From the IMG/VR virus record IMGVR_UViG_3300032007_000003, positions 120,029 through 184,028 of that record: a stretch of 64,000 bases of DNA. One strand, given 5' to 3'. Source of the DNA: a virus. Taxonomy: Duplodnaviria > Heunggongvirae > Uroviricota > Caudoviricetes. Within the stretch, counting starts at the first letter, position 1. Every line of letters begins with the position of its first letter. The notes beneath the pieces were generated by a model that searched no databases, had not been told where the DNA came from, and saw nothing but the letters and a program-made list of their open reading frames with translations. Position numbers and translations under genes: made by a program. Shown piece after piece: positions 8,801 to 17,549 of the stretch.

Positions 8801-11094
8801 ATGTTCTTTCAGAAGAGAATAGAGCACAAGCAGCAGAGCTTGTACTTTCCCACAAGATTGATGCTGATGTTCTTGCAGAGAAGAATCGTGCAATCAGTGC
8901 AGAGACAGCTCTTGACACTAAGATTGACCAAGAGATTGCTAACAGAATTGCCGACATTAACGAGGAAGAAAATCGTGCAAAGGGTGTTGAAAACATTATT
9001 TCTGGTAATGTTATTTCTGAAGAGACTCGTGCAACTAGTGAGGAAGCAAGAATTGAACACTTGCTTAATGATGAAGTTTCTCGTTCTATTGCCAAGGACA
9101 CTGAACATGACACGAAGATTCAACAGAACGCTGATAACATCTTAGATGAAACTGTACGTGCTAAGGAAATTGAAAACATTATCTCTGGTAATGTTGTTTC
9201 TGAAGAGACTCGTGCAATGTCAGAAGAGGCTTCTATAAAGTCTACTCTTAGCGCTGAAGCAGCAAATAGAATCAGTGGCGACACAATGTTGTCACATTTG
9301 ATTGAGGATGAAGCAGAAAGAAGAATTAGTGGTGACACAGTACTTCAGAGCAACCTTAATACTGAAATCTCTCGTGCTAGAGAAACTGAGGATAGACTTG
9401 ATACAAGGCTTGAGGCAGAAATTGCAAGGGCAAATACAGCAGAAGGATTGCTTAATGCTGCAATTACAGAGGAAACTCTTAGAGCACAAAGTGCTGATAA
9501 TGAGTTATATCAGAGAATTGCTGATGAGTCATCAGATAGAGCAGCATCAGACGCTAGTCTTTCAAATGCAATAATTCAAGAGACTTCAAGAGCAACAATT
9601 GCTGAGAATTCACTTAGAGATGCACTTTCTGCTGAAACCAACAATAGGTTGAATGCTGAAGGAAACCTTGGTAACGCAATCACTGCTGAAACGCAAGCAA
9701 GACAAAGTGCTGATGATGTCTTACAAGATGCTATTAATGCAGCAACTCATTCATATTCAGCAACAACTACAGCAAGAATGAATAAGTCTGCAAATAATGT
9801 GGTCACAACAGATGTAATTATACCAACAGACAATAATATTATCATTGTGGATGAAGGTGTTAAGGCATTTGTAAGATTGGATTATGATGCAGCTACTAAT
9901 CAGTTGATTCTTGAGAAAACAAGTCCTAGTGGCAGAACAAGTGATGTCGTAACATTGAATGCTGGTTCTATCATAAACAGCATAACTTATGACACAGCAA
10001 CTAAGGAGCTTGTAATTAGGTATCAGTCAACGTCTGACCCATCGCATGCTGAAAGGGAGACTAGAGTTAATATTAGTGACTTATTCAATCCTATGATTGT
10101 AAAGAATCCATCGTCTGGTAGTGCTGTGGAACTTAGTATTTCTAAGGGTACTGGAAGACTTGGTGAGGATGAGGTAAGTGGAAAAGTTCTTCTTACAAAC
10201 CTCGCTGACAATGCAGTTAGAATTGTTAACAACGGTCTTTATGTTTCAAACTCTGCAATGACTGAGGCTGAAGAAATTGCTAAATGTGCTAAAAATGAGC
10301 TTAAGGCACTTGAGAAAGCTGTAATAGGTCATCATATTAATGAAGAATGCGGTAGCGGATATACTTATGAGGCTAACCCACAAGCAAGGTATATTAACAG
10401 CGCACAGTCATTTAGCAATGCTGACTATATCCTTGACCAGTCAATAAAGAATGTAGAAGCTAAGGTTGACACACTCTCTAGTGATACAGATTGTATTGAT
10501 GCAAAAGCTAGCAAAATTTATGAACTTCTTTATGGCGAAGGACAGACAATGCCAGAATGTGGTGAAGGTGCTCACTATCAGCCATACATAGGTTCTTGTA
10601 TTATCAGCGCTGCGACATCATTCAATGAGGCTGACCAGATGCTTAACGACCAAATTTGTGAGATTCTCACAATGTGGGTAAGTGGTATAACATGTACCAA
10701 TGAGTCAGAGTGGGTTGAGGATGGAATGAACAAGAAGATACAAGTTCATAGTAGACTTTCACACGGTAAATTCGCACAAGAAACAGACGATGAATTGTTC
10801 ATCAAGGACTTGTATGGTGAGTACATTGACCCAACAAATAGTGGATTCACTGACACCAATGTTCTTAGAATAGTATGTCTTGAGTCAGAGCCTAGTGGTA
10901 CTACCCCATCTGTAGAATCAAAACAGAATGGTATATACTTGAGCAATGAGTGGGATTGTGGATTGTACTACGGTCCTAGTGACACACAAGCTAAGAATAA
11001 GGCAGCAGCTTCTGGATATAAGACAGACCCATATTCAACTGATGAAACTTCAACTGCGCACGATTACAACTACATGAATAATGTAAGACAATAA
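5887..11094 (+). CDS. Long tail-fibre-like protein (1735 aa) alternating repeated beta modules with 11/18-residue coiled coils
   Basis: About four copies of a module (L.Y....N.L.F...I.YDP.KE.L.I.Y...VEIP.GD.I.EW...DNIL....LYV); many E..RA..AE..L...I repeats; internal DNA duplications. Confidence 0.7.
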   Translation: MNNRLQFRHHNEVFNTREDAIDYIKSQIRFAESGLAFDDKTFGYSLFAEPTVLLYKKDEGELQPGVLPDPHLMLVIGSQTNLEEPVQYSNNRFCIIDIDKTEQEIADLQEEFEKAIRSLTLIPLSSDTLNFYSNKTEEGTYVSGDVKVAETHIFDDVRYKNNLLVTPEGLFIYVNLEYDKENEEFTFTVSNADDTLSSVTVDISDNYLVNGRYSVQDESLHLFMKKGEEIVIDCKYLIAEWGVIGDAAKSPVILTKEEVKYGTEEYSRLEPWQDVLKANVRIKDEEFDPQTGKPLPLDKDKSTNILQRTQDGRYLFVDGVASNIIYWQNGERTNVKEVLDELSNIKLSTDNDNILTEKTDGFFASSKLEYVSKDNKLIFKTSGQNGEKKTEIQLNSVELFEHIYYDPTKEALIVTYKDNKGETQFVEIPIGEMIRDWEWEPQNEGHNVKIVKIRKVSGNDKVSADAKIYQDPDNILVDKNHELFVKGTSDNIRHGEDSNVKKEIDTLHEIDAALDNKINNETARAKQAEQTLDNKIDQEIADRTSEIQRLDDTLGSGFTTDIHETVTYKLNEEIEDRIADVNAEEARAKEEELRIDTTIGSGFSTDAHETVTYKFNQLQDQVNSEAQKLQNEINRSIAKDIEHDGRLDAIDAEIGEGFGPRNTVRDEIENLQSEIDFVSADTSMRLTDVINEDESIDVETRNDANGKPTVKVVKVNLSTEVEDERKNIIKLNSDGLFANVDLSYEKTANKLIFHTSNGEPDKEIQLESMSSIISIEYNPSKEAIVITYMTNGHEIKTVEIPVGDLINEWRVEDGHPHAVQLEKVRISSGTSEQDILKASVIITDDHDDNILVMDDGALYVSGQGITNNKAEIDALKERMTTAEDDIDALENGLREEASARTIADEALGRRIDQEIENRIADVNEEEERAKDAELALSNKIDTDVLAEKNRAISAETSLDTKIDQEIADREADVLSEENRAQAAELVLSHKIDADVLAEKNRAISAETALDTKIDQEIANRIADINEEENRAKGVENIISGNVISEETRATSEEARIEHLLNDEVSRSIAKDTEHDTKIQQNADNILDETVRAKEIENIISGNVVSEETRAMSEEASIKSTLSAEAANRISGDTMLSHLIEDEAERRISGDTVLQSNLNTEISRARETEDRLDTRLEAEIARANTAEGLLNAAITEETLRAQSADNELYQRIADESSDRAASDASLSNAIIQETSRATIAENSLRDALSAETNNRLNAEGNLGNAITAETQARQSADDVLQDAINAATHSYSATTTARMNKSANNVVTTDVIIPTDNNIIIVDEGVKAFVRLDYDAATNQLILEKTSPSGRTSDVVTLNAGSIINSITYDTATKELVIRYQSTSDPSHAERETRVNISDLFNPMIVKNPSSGSAVELSISKGTGRLGEDEVSGKVLLTNLADNAVRIVNNGLYVSNSAMTEAEEIAKCAKNELKALEKAVIGHHINEECGSGYTYEANPQARYINSAQSFSNADYILDQSIKNVEAKVDTLSSDTDCIDAKASKIYELLYGEGQTMPECGEGAHYQPYIGSCIISAATSFNEADQMLNDQICEILTMWVSGITCTNESEWVEDGMNKKIQVHSRLSHGKFAQETDDELFIKDLYGEYIDPTNSGFTDTNVLRIVCLESEPSGTTPSVESKQNGIYLSNEWDCGLYYGPSDTQAKNKAAASGYKTDPYSTDETSTAHDYNYMNNVRQ
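8686..8940 (+). repeat. ~100-bp internal direct repeat with 153-bp period in the fibre gene
   Basis: GATGTTCTTGCAGA(A/G)AAGAATCGTGCAATCAGTGCAGAGACA...CTTGACACTAAGATTGACCAAGAGATTGCT occurs twice. Confidence 0.8.
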
Positions 11095-11101
11095 ATAATA
11101 G

Positions 11102-11134
11102 AAAAAGTGGTTAGAGAAATCTAGCCACTTTTTT
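11102..11134 (+). terminator. Intrinsic terminator
   Basis: AAAAAGTGGTTAGA-GAAA-TCTAGCCACTTTTTT after the fibre gene. Confidence 0.8.
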
Positions 11135-11173
11135 ATTGTTATGTGATATTTATATAGAAAATAAACGTTTATT

Positions 11174-11557
11174 ATGAATAAGGGAAAGAATATTAAGAAT
11201 ATTGTAGAAGAGTTAAAGGTTTTGAAAACACAACTCTCAGAAGATTATCTATTTAATGATGAAGAGGGTGTAATGGAAGACCCTCAAGGAATGGGTGGAC
11301 AAATGCCTCCACAAGACCCATCAATGATGCAGCAACAACCACAACAGATGATGGGAAATGGGGATTCTGAGGAAGAGATTGCAATGCATGCTCAAGAGGT
11401 TATTCAACATGAACCAATTATCGGTAAGATTAGAGAAACAGCTATTGAGGGCTTGAAGAAATATGCAGACCATCCAACTAGCTCATTATATGAATTCTTC
11501 AAGAAAGTATTCTTGGAGAGTGATAAGGTATTGACAGATACTGGAAATAAAAAATAA
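11174..11557 (+). CDS. Hypothetical late protein with a Q/M/P-rich low-complexity segment
   Basis: ORF track; TATTTATA at 11147-11154. Confidence 0.65.
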   Translation: MNKGKNIKNIVEELKVLKTQLSEDYLFNDEEGVMEDPQGMGGQMPPQDPSMMQQQPQQMMGNGDSEEEIAMHAQEVIQHEPIIGKIRETAIEGLKKYADHPTSSLYEFFKKVFLESDKVLTDTGNKK

Positions 11558-11562
11558 TAGTT

Positions 11563-12063
11563 ATGGCAATTTATACGAAATTAACGCCAATTGTTCTTAA
11601 ATGGGAAGGTGGTTATGCTGGAAATATTGATGGTATGACTTGTACCATGAAAGGAGTTACGTTGGCTACATATAGAAAATTCTTTGGAAAGAATAAGAAC
11701 TGCAAGGACTTAAAAGAAATAACACAAGCCGAGTGGGATTTAATCTTTAAAGAAGGCTATTGGGATAAGTGGAAAGCTGATGAGATTGAAAATCAATCAA
11801 TCGCTAACTTGCTTGTCGATTGGTGTTGGACTAGTGGTGTTTATGGTATTAAGCTACCACAAAGGGTTCTTGGAGTTAAGGATGATGGTGTTGTTGGGAA
11901 TAAAACCATCGCAGCAATAAATGATTATCCAGACAAGAAAGAGCTTTTCCAAAAGCTATGGAATAGAAGGAAAAAGCATTTCCAAGACATTGCCAAGAAC
12001 GGCAAGGAAAAGTTTTTAAATGGATGGTTGAATAGACTAAATGATTTTAAATACTTTGAATAA
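11563..12063 (+). CDS. Endolysin, glycoside hydrolase family 108 with C-terminal peptidoglycan-binding domain
   Basis: LKWEGGY...TMKGVT catalytic motif; QRVLGVKDDGVVGNKT; KFLNGWLNRL. Confidence 0.88.
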   Translation: MAIYTKLTPIVLKWEGGYAGNIDGMTCTMKGVTLATYRKFFGKNKNCKDLKEITQAEWDLIFKEGYWDKWKADEIENQSIANLLVDWCWTSGVYGIKLPQRVLGVKDDGVVGNKTIAAINDYPDKKELFQKLWNRRKKHFQDIAKNGKEKFLNGWLNRLNDFKYFE

Positions 12064-12064
12064 T

Positions 12065-12214
12065 ATGGGTAAATATAGTGAAGTGGACGTAACATGGGCA
12101 TCTATTGAAAAAAAGTATGATTATGATAAAGTTACTTGGAATACGCTTAATAATGGCATACCTACATACTCGCTTTTCGATGCTGATGGAAATAAGATTA
12201 AAATTGAAATCTAA
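12065..12214 (+). CDS. Small hypothetical protein (49 aa, MGKYSEVDVTW...), not in the ORF track
   Basis: ATG 1 nt after the endolysin stop; ends just before the hairpin cassette. Confidence 0.5.
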   Translation: MGKYSEVDVTWASIEKKYDYDKVTWNTLNNGIPTYSLFDADGNKIKIEI

Positions 12215-12233
12215 ATCTTAATAATAGTTAATA

Positions 12234-12281
12234 ATTGGGGTGATATTTTGTCATCCCAATTTTTTTTCGTATCTTTACAGC
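12234..12281 (+). promoter_or_regulatory. Terminator/promoter fusion cassette 1
   Basis: Hairpin ATTGGGGTGATA-TTT-TGTCATCCCAAT plus T-run; TTTG (12247) N19 TATCTTTAC (12270). Confidence 0.75.
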
Positions 12282-12308
12282 AAATAATAAAAGAAATAAG
12301 AAGTATCT

Positions 12309-12914
12309 ATGATTTACGATGATTTTGTAAAATGGTTAGACAATTTGGACTTATCCACAGTTGATGCAAACCCAATTACCTTCAATCTAACAGACTTTGA
12401 GAGTGATATGGACTTTGCCAACTCAATGGTGTTAGCTGGAAGGCATCTAGTTGACGAGGAAGATATTGTTGTACGTTATTCAAAGCCATATACTGAGGAT
12501 AAGAGCGACATTATCGTGCGCTTTCAGATTCTTAGAAGCAAGGCTAAAATGTTCTTCAATTACCTCAAGGGCAACGATACCAAGATTTGTTGCGTACTCT
12601 GCTCAAACAAGGAGATTAAGGAGGCAATCAAGTTCTTTAATTCCCTTGGTGTCAAGGGTGAGGACATGGTAAGCCTTTCATCAAAGGAAATGGACTATAC
12701 CGCAATGCTTAAGGAGGCTCTTGATGACTATAACAAGGATAAGGGAGAGAATAGCGCATGTTCACTTATCGTTTCAATCTCGATTGAGCATGACGATAAC
12801 ACTGAGAATGATTACCCAATGCTGTCTTATGATTTCATTGAGGGTAATGACTTCAGCAACTTTGATGTCACAAAGGCATGGGTTAAGAGTGAAATCTTAA
12901 AAATTAAGGAATAA
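12309..12914 (+). CDS. Hypothetical early protein
   Basis: ORF track; follows cassette 1. Confidence 0.7.
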   Translation: MIYDDFVKWLDNLDLSTVDANPITFNLTDFESDMDFANSMVLAGRHLVDEEDIVVRYSKPYTEDKSDIIVRFQILRSKAKMFFNYLKGNDTKICCVLCSNKEIKEAIKFFNSLGVKGEDMVSLSSKEMDYTAMLKEALDDYNKDKGENSACSLIVSISIEHDDNTENDYPMLSYDFIEGNDFSNFDVTKAWVKSEILKIKE

Positions 12915-13276
12915 TGAAAAGTATGTTGTCGGATATTTGTTTGGCATGGTTGATAATGGTAGTGATAAACTATGTGTATCTCTATGTAGCAACTAAGTTT
13001 GGAATTTTCAAAGAGTTCACAAAGTGGCTAATGACTGATGATAGTTATTGGTTTACTCGACCAAGGCAAGTTCCGTTTTGGTGGTTCTTCGTTCCACCAT
13101 ATTGCATGATGTTTTCAATTGCTATAGTGGCATTTTTACTATATAGGTTGATTCTTAAACCATTATATAGTATCACTATCTACCCCATATCCAAATTAGT
13201 GGTTTGGATTGGTGATTTCATCTTTAAACCAATTAAAAGAAACATCTTCTACTCTGAACTAGAAAATTCTCATTGA
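12914..13276 (+). CDS. Hypothetical membrane protein
   Basis: Two to three hydrophobic segments; start overlaps the upstream stop. Confidence 0.6.
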   Translation: MKSMLSDICLAWLIMVVINYVYLYVATKFGIFKEFTKWLMTDDSYWFTRPRQVPFWWFFVPPYCMMFSIAIVAFLLYRLILKPLYSITIYPISKLVVWIGDFIFKPIKRNIFYSELENSH

Positions 13277-14304
13277 AGATAAACCTCATCAATTTGCTGG
13301 GCATTACTTAAGTGCCTAGCAATTTCTTTATATCCACCTTTCTGATACAAAGAAGATGGGTCTTCATCCCCTTCAACTGGTATGTATCTCACCTTACCAT
13401 ATAATCTTCCATGATTAAGGAATTTATAGATTTCCTTTACAGTGCTAAAGGCATCGGCATCAAGGAACACGTTTACATTACCATTCGCCTTTGTGATTAA
13501 GTCCCAATATAGCTTATATTCTTTATTGAGTGATTTACCCAATAATGGTACTGAATTAGGTACTACGATGTGGTCAAAAGTTCCCTCTACCAATGTAATA
13601 TCTGCATCCCATTGTATTTTATTCTCGTTAAATATGATTTCCTTTTTCTTTGCAAGTGGGTTATCATATTTAACCCTTTCAAATCCTTCTTTCTTTGGTA
13701 AATAATCTCTACCAACCCAGTAGTTAAGTTCATCGTATTCGTTATACGATGGTATAATTATCCTATATGAAGATTTCTTCCATTTCTTTTCTTCTTCTTT
13801 CTCAGTGAATCCTATTCCATATTGATTAATTATATTCCATCCAATACCTCTTTCATTGAGATACCTCATAGCACCTTTATTATAATATTTACCTTCCTTA
13901 AATGGTTTGAAACTAGGTGGAAATTTAAGGTCTTCCTTTTCAATAATGGAAGTATCGATATTGAAGTCGTTTGATGAGAAATTAAGTTTATATAATTCAC
14001 TATCTCTGATTGTACGAATAATATCCTTATACTCTTGTAGTAAGTTATCATTGCCATACATTCTAATAAGTTTTACAATAGTACCACTCATGTGCTCATC
14101 CATTGATGAGCAAGACCAACAATTAAATAATTGAGATTTGATATTGAGTTCTAAATTAAATTTTCTAGCTTCTGTTATTCCATTTCTTTCAATACATTTT
14201 GGACAAGGAAATTGATATTGAAAATTGTCATTATCAAATCCACTTTTTGATTCCCCTAGAATCAATACTAATATGTCGTAAATTTTTTTAATTTCGTCAA
14301 TCAT
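13270..14304 (-). CDS. DNA primase (DnaG/gp61-like)
   Basis: Zn finger CPKC...FNCWSC; YLNERGI; RIIIPSY...YWVGR; TOPRIM LVEGTFD...FLDADA; DPSSL. Confidence 0.88.
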   Translation of the reverse strand: MIDEIKKIYDILVLILGESKSGFDNDNFQYQFPCPKCIERNGITEARKFNLELNIKSQLFNCWSCSSMDEHMSGTIVKLIRMYGNDNLLQEYKDIIRTIRDSELYKLNFSSNDFNIDTSIIEKEDLKFPPSFKPFKEGKYYNKGAMRYLNERGIGWNIINQYGIGFTEKEEEKKWKKSSYRIIIPSYNEYDELNYWVGRDYLPKKEGFERVKYDNPLAKKKEIIFNENKIQWDADITLVEGTFDHIVVPNSVPLLGKSLNKEYKLYWDLITKANGNVNVFLDADAFSTVKEIYKFLNHGRLYGKVRYIPVEGDEDPSSLYQKGGYKEIARHLSNAQQIDEVYLQ

Positions 14305-15694
14305 TTTTTTTAATTTCTTTTAATAATCTCTCTTTTGTTTTGATTAAATTTTTGTTTTTAATATCTAAATGTGTATATTCTAATAACTTGATATTATGTT
14401 CTTCACAATATTTCTTTTTAATTTTGTCTCTTATTTGATTTAATTCATATTGTTTTTGCAGCGTTTTGGTATCTTTTCCACCAAAGTTAATTGGTTTAAA
14501 ATGTTGTTCTCCTTGACATTCTATTATTATATTTTCTTTTGGTAAATAAAAATCAGGTCTAAGTGCGCTTTTATATTTTAATCCATCAAATGTTTTCTTT
14601 TCTTCAAAATCTATATTATTTTTGGTTAGTAACAATCTAACTTCATTTTCTAAACGATAGTTTTGTTTACACTTCGGACAGCCACTTCCTTGTATGTGAG
14701 AATGAGGAGTAGTGAAAAAAGAGCCGTGTTCTATTCCGTTTGAATCTTTCTTATGACATATTATTTCTATCTTAGTTCTATTATTTTTATACTCAGATTT
14801 AGAATAGTCATATAATTCACCGTGTTTTTCTTTTGACCTTTTAATAAATTCTTCTGTGTTTATTGGTTGATTATTTGCACATTTTGGGCATCCACTACCA
14901 TCTAAATGACTTGATGGCGTTTGCCAAAATTCACCGTGTTTTGGACAAATTATACAAACTTTATCTAAGCTATGTTTATATTTAACTTTTGAATAATCGT
15001 ATTTATCACCATGAATATTTTTACTTTCTTCTATAAATTGTTCTGTAGTTTTGGTTAATATTTTTTTTATTTCTTCTAAACCACATTTGGGACATCCATT
15101 ACCTTGCAGATGACTTGATGGTAACTGCCAGAAGTCGCCATGAATAGGACAAGTTATACAAACTTTTCCGTCTTCTCTTCTTTCTTCAAGATTGGTTTTT
15201 TCATATGAAAATCTATTATCGCCAAATATTTCTTTTGAGCGTTTTATAAAATCATTTGTGGAGATACTTCTTAATTTGCTTATTTTTTCACAAGCACATT
15301 TAGGGCATCCCATACCTTTTAAATGATTATCTGCTTGCTGAATAAAAGAACCATGAATTGGGCATATTATCTCTACGTTGTATCTGTTTCCTATGTATTT
15401 GGTTTTAGAATAATTATATTTGTTATTATGTATTTTGTTGGACTTATTTATAAACCACTCTGTTGTTTGTGTTTTATCTTGTCCAATTTTTTCAAAAGTA
15501 CATTTTGGACATCCGTGACCAAGTAATACATTATTAGGAGTTTTCCAGAATTCACCATGAATTGGACAAATTATACACACTCTACCCTTTTCGTCTCTAT
15601 TATTCACATCAGCTTTTGACAAATCATATTTTGCGTTATATAATTCATTTACTCTTTTGATAAATTCTTCGTTTGTTAATTTTTTACCTTTCAT
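14297..15694 (-). mobile_element. Free-standing homing endonuclease: five C-P-x-H-G...GCPKC zinc repeats plus C-terminal PD-(D/E)xK/Vsr-like nuclease
   Basis: Repeats KYDYSK...IICPIHGEFWQ...HL.G.GCPKC; C-terminal RPDFYLP...IECQGEQH; AT-rich; overlaps the primase start. Confidence 0.8.
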
Positions 15695-15778
15695 ATTAAT
15701 TGTTTTCTTATAAATATTTGCAGCAATTAAAAAGTTATTTATTTATTAAAACTTCTAAGTAATTTTTATTTTATATTG

Positions 15779-15810
15779 CAAAGATATGTTAAAATATCGA
15801 GAAAAACAAA
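15779..15810 (-). promoter_or_regulatory. Bacteroidetes-type promoter driving the endonuclease-primase unit
   Basis: Minus strand reads TTTG-N20-TATCTTTG(CA). Confidence 0.7.
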
Positions 15811-15848
15811 TAATTGGAGATATTTATAAGAAATAAATTTTAGAAAAT

Positions 15849-16118
15849 ATGGCAAAGAAAATCAAGGATAGTGACATTTTAAAGGCTATGGCGATGCATC
15901 TTGATGAAGATTCAGTTGTATTCGGAGCGAATGGTCATTATGCTGTTGGAGCATATTACGATATCACCAAAGTAAGTAGTGTATTTGGTGATAAGGACTA
16001 TAATAGCCAAGACACAATAGATGCTGCTGATTCAACTGAGGCAGCAACAAAATATCGTACAGACGATGATAAAATGATTGAAGGCTTCCAAAAAGCTGAA
16101 TGGTTAAAGGAGTTTTAA
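15849..16118 (+). CDS. Hypothetical late protein
   Basis: ORF track; TATTTATA at 15821-15828. Confidence 0.65.
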   Translation: MAKKIKDSDILKAMAMHLDEDSVVFGANGHYAVGAYYDITKVSSVFGDKDYNSQDTIDAADSTEAATKYRTDDDKMIEGFQKAEWLKEF

Positions 16119-16122
16119 TACT

Positions 16123-17547
16123 ATGAGAAGAGTTGCATCATCAAGTGAATTTTTTGATATATTGGATAAGATTGGTAATGGAAAGTTCGTTACCATCGGT
16201 TATGTGACTGGAGCAAACTTAGATGTTCCAACTGTCAGTAGAAGAAATCCAGCTACTAATAGAATGAAGAAGTATCCAGATTATACTGTATTTGGCGGTG
16301 AAGAAGAAATTGGAGCTTTAGTTAAGATTACTAGTTATAACATGAGGTATCTTAACAGAACCACCGTTGGTCAAAAATATGGTAAATTCAAAGCCTCAGC
16401 TAATGATATCAGAATCAATTTTGGTATTGACCCAATAGCTGATAAGGTTGGTTACAAACAAGGTACGAATTGGAGTCCAAATGGTCCAGAAATCTATAAT
16501 GGTCAAAATGCGGATTTGCAATCTCATTCTTATAATCCTCAAAACATATTTGGAGTTAAGCCAAAAGGTGTTGTTTATGCAATTAACAAGGAGGGTCATA
16601 TTATTAAGGAGCTTTCTCCTGAACAAGTTAGACCTTATCTTAAAGCAAAACGTGAAATTGATGGAGTTGCCGCATTGAGAAAAATGGGTGCAGAAGAGGA
16701 TAGAATTCAAGACTATATTAATCAGATTAACAATTTGAAGTTTAAGTATATCAATTTTGAGTCGAATTCAATTCTTTGGATTGCTGCAACAATTAATGGC
16801 GAAAAGATAGTTTACATTAACGATAACTTATATAGAGCAGTTGATGGTATTGATATAAATCCACAAGATTTCAGAGCAATTGCAAGAGAAAGATATCAAA
16901 TAGATTTGAATGATTTACAAGAAATGACTAAGAAAACTATGGGTAAAAACATATTAAGACTAACTGAGACTGATTTGCATAGAATGGTTATAGAGTCAGC
17001 AAAAAGAGTACTAAAGGAAATGGGTAGATATGATTCTGACCTTGATGCTGATGAAATCTATGGTGATAGGGCTGATAGAGAATATAGACAATCTATGGCA
17101 GACAAACTACATCAAGAAGAATGGGAAATGAGAAATCTCAGACTAAGGCAGAAATATCCTGGGAAATCCCCTGAATGGTATGAGGCAATGATTGACACAT
17201 TTTATGAGAGTAAAAAATCAAAGAAAACCATTAAGGAGGATTGGAAACAAGCACCTTGGGAACAAGCAGACCCAATAGAAGACCAAGGTGAATATGGTGT
17301 AGAATCTTTCAAGAACAATCAAAACTATTCTCACTTTGCAGTAAACAAGGCAACAAATAAGATAGTTAATGGTTGGGATTATAGTGAGTATGACCCAAGC
17401 GAATTGAGACAGTTTAAGAAAGACTATTTTGATGCCGATATGATTGATTATGGCTTTAATCCTAAAGATTATAAAATTGTTACTAGTAAGTTCCTTATTC
17501 GCCAAGGGATTAACCCAGATGATAATAACAATTGGGCAAACAGTTAA
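16123..17547 (+). CDS. Multi-module putative internal head protein with internal ILRLTETDLHRMVIESAKRVLKE tag
   Basis: 474 aa; tag at ~aa 277-300; further L/I-x-E sites (LQE, IKE) between modules. Confidence 0.6.
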   Translation: MRRVASSSEFFDILDKIGNGKFVTIGYVTGANLDVPTVSRRNPATNRMKKYPDYTVFGGEEEIGALVKITSYNMRYLNRTTVGQKYGKFKASANDIRINFGIDPIADKVGYKQGTNWSPNGPEIYNGQNADLQSHSYNPQNIFGVKPKGVVYAINKEGHIIKELSPEQVRPYLKAKREIDGVAALRKMGAEEDRIQDYINQINNLKFKYINFESNSILWIAATINGEKIVYINDNLYRAVDGIDINPQDFRAIARERYQIDLNDLQEMTKKTMGKNILRLTETDLHRMVIESAKRVLKEMGRYDSDLDADEIYGDRADREYRQSMADKLHQEEWEMRNLRLRQKYPGKSPEWYEAMIDTFYESKKSKKTIKEDWKQAPWEQADPIEDQGEYGVESFKNNQNYSHFAVNKATNKIVNGWDYSEYDPSELRQFKKDYFDADMIDYGFNPKDYKIVTSKFLIRQGINPDDNNNWANS

Positions 17548-17549
17548 AT

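Noticed and set aside
4755-10946. Numerous antisense and alternate-frame ORFs (e.g. 4755-5330, 8460-9113, 8537-9145)
   Set aside because: Shadows of repetitive, codon-biased fibre genes, with no promoter motifs or recognisable domains
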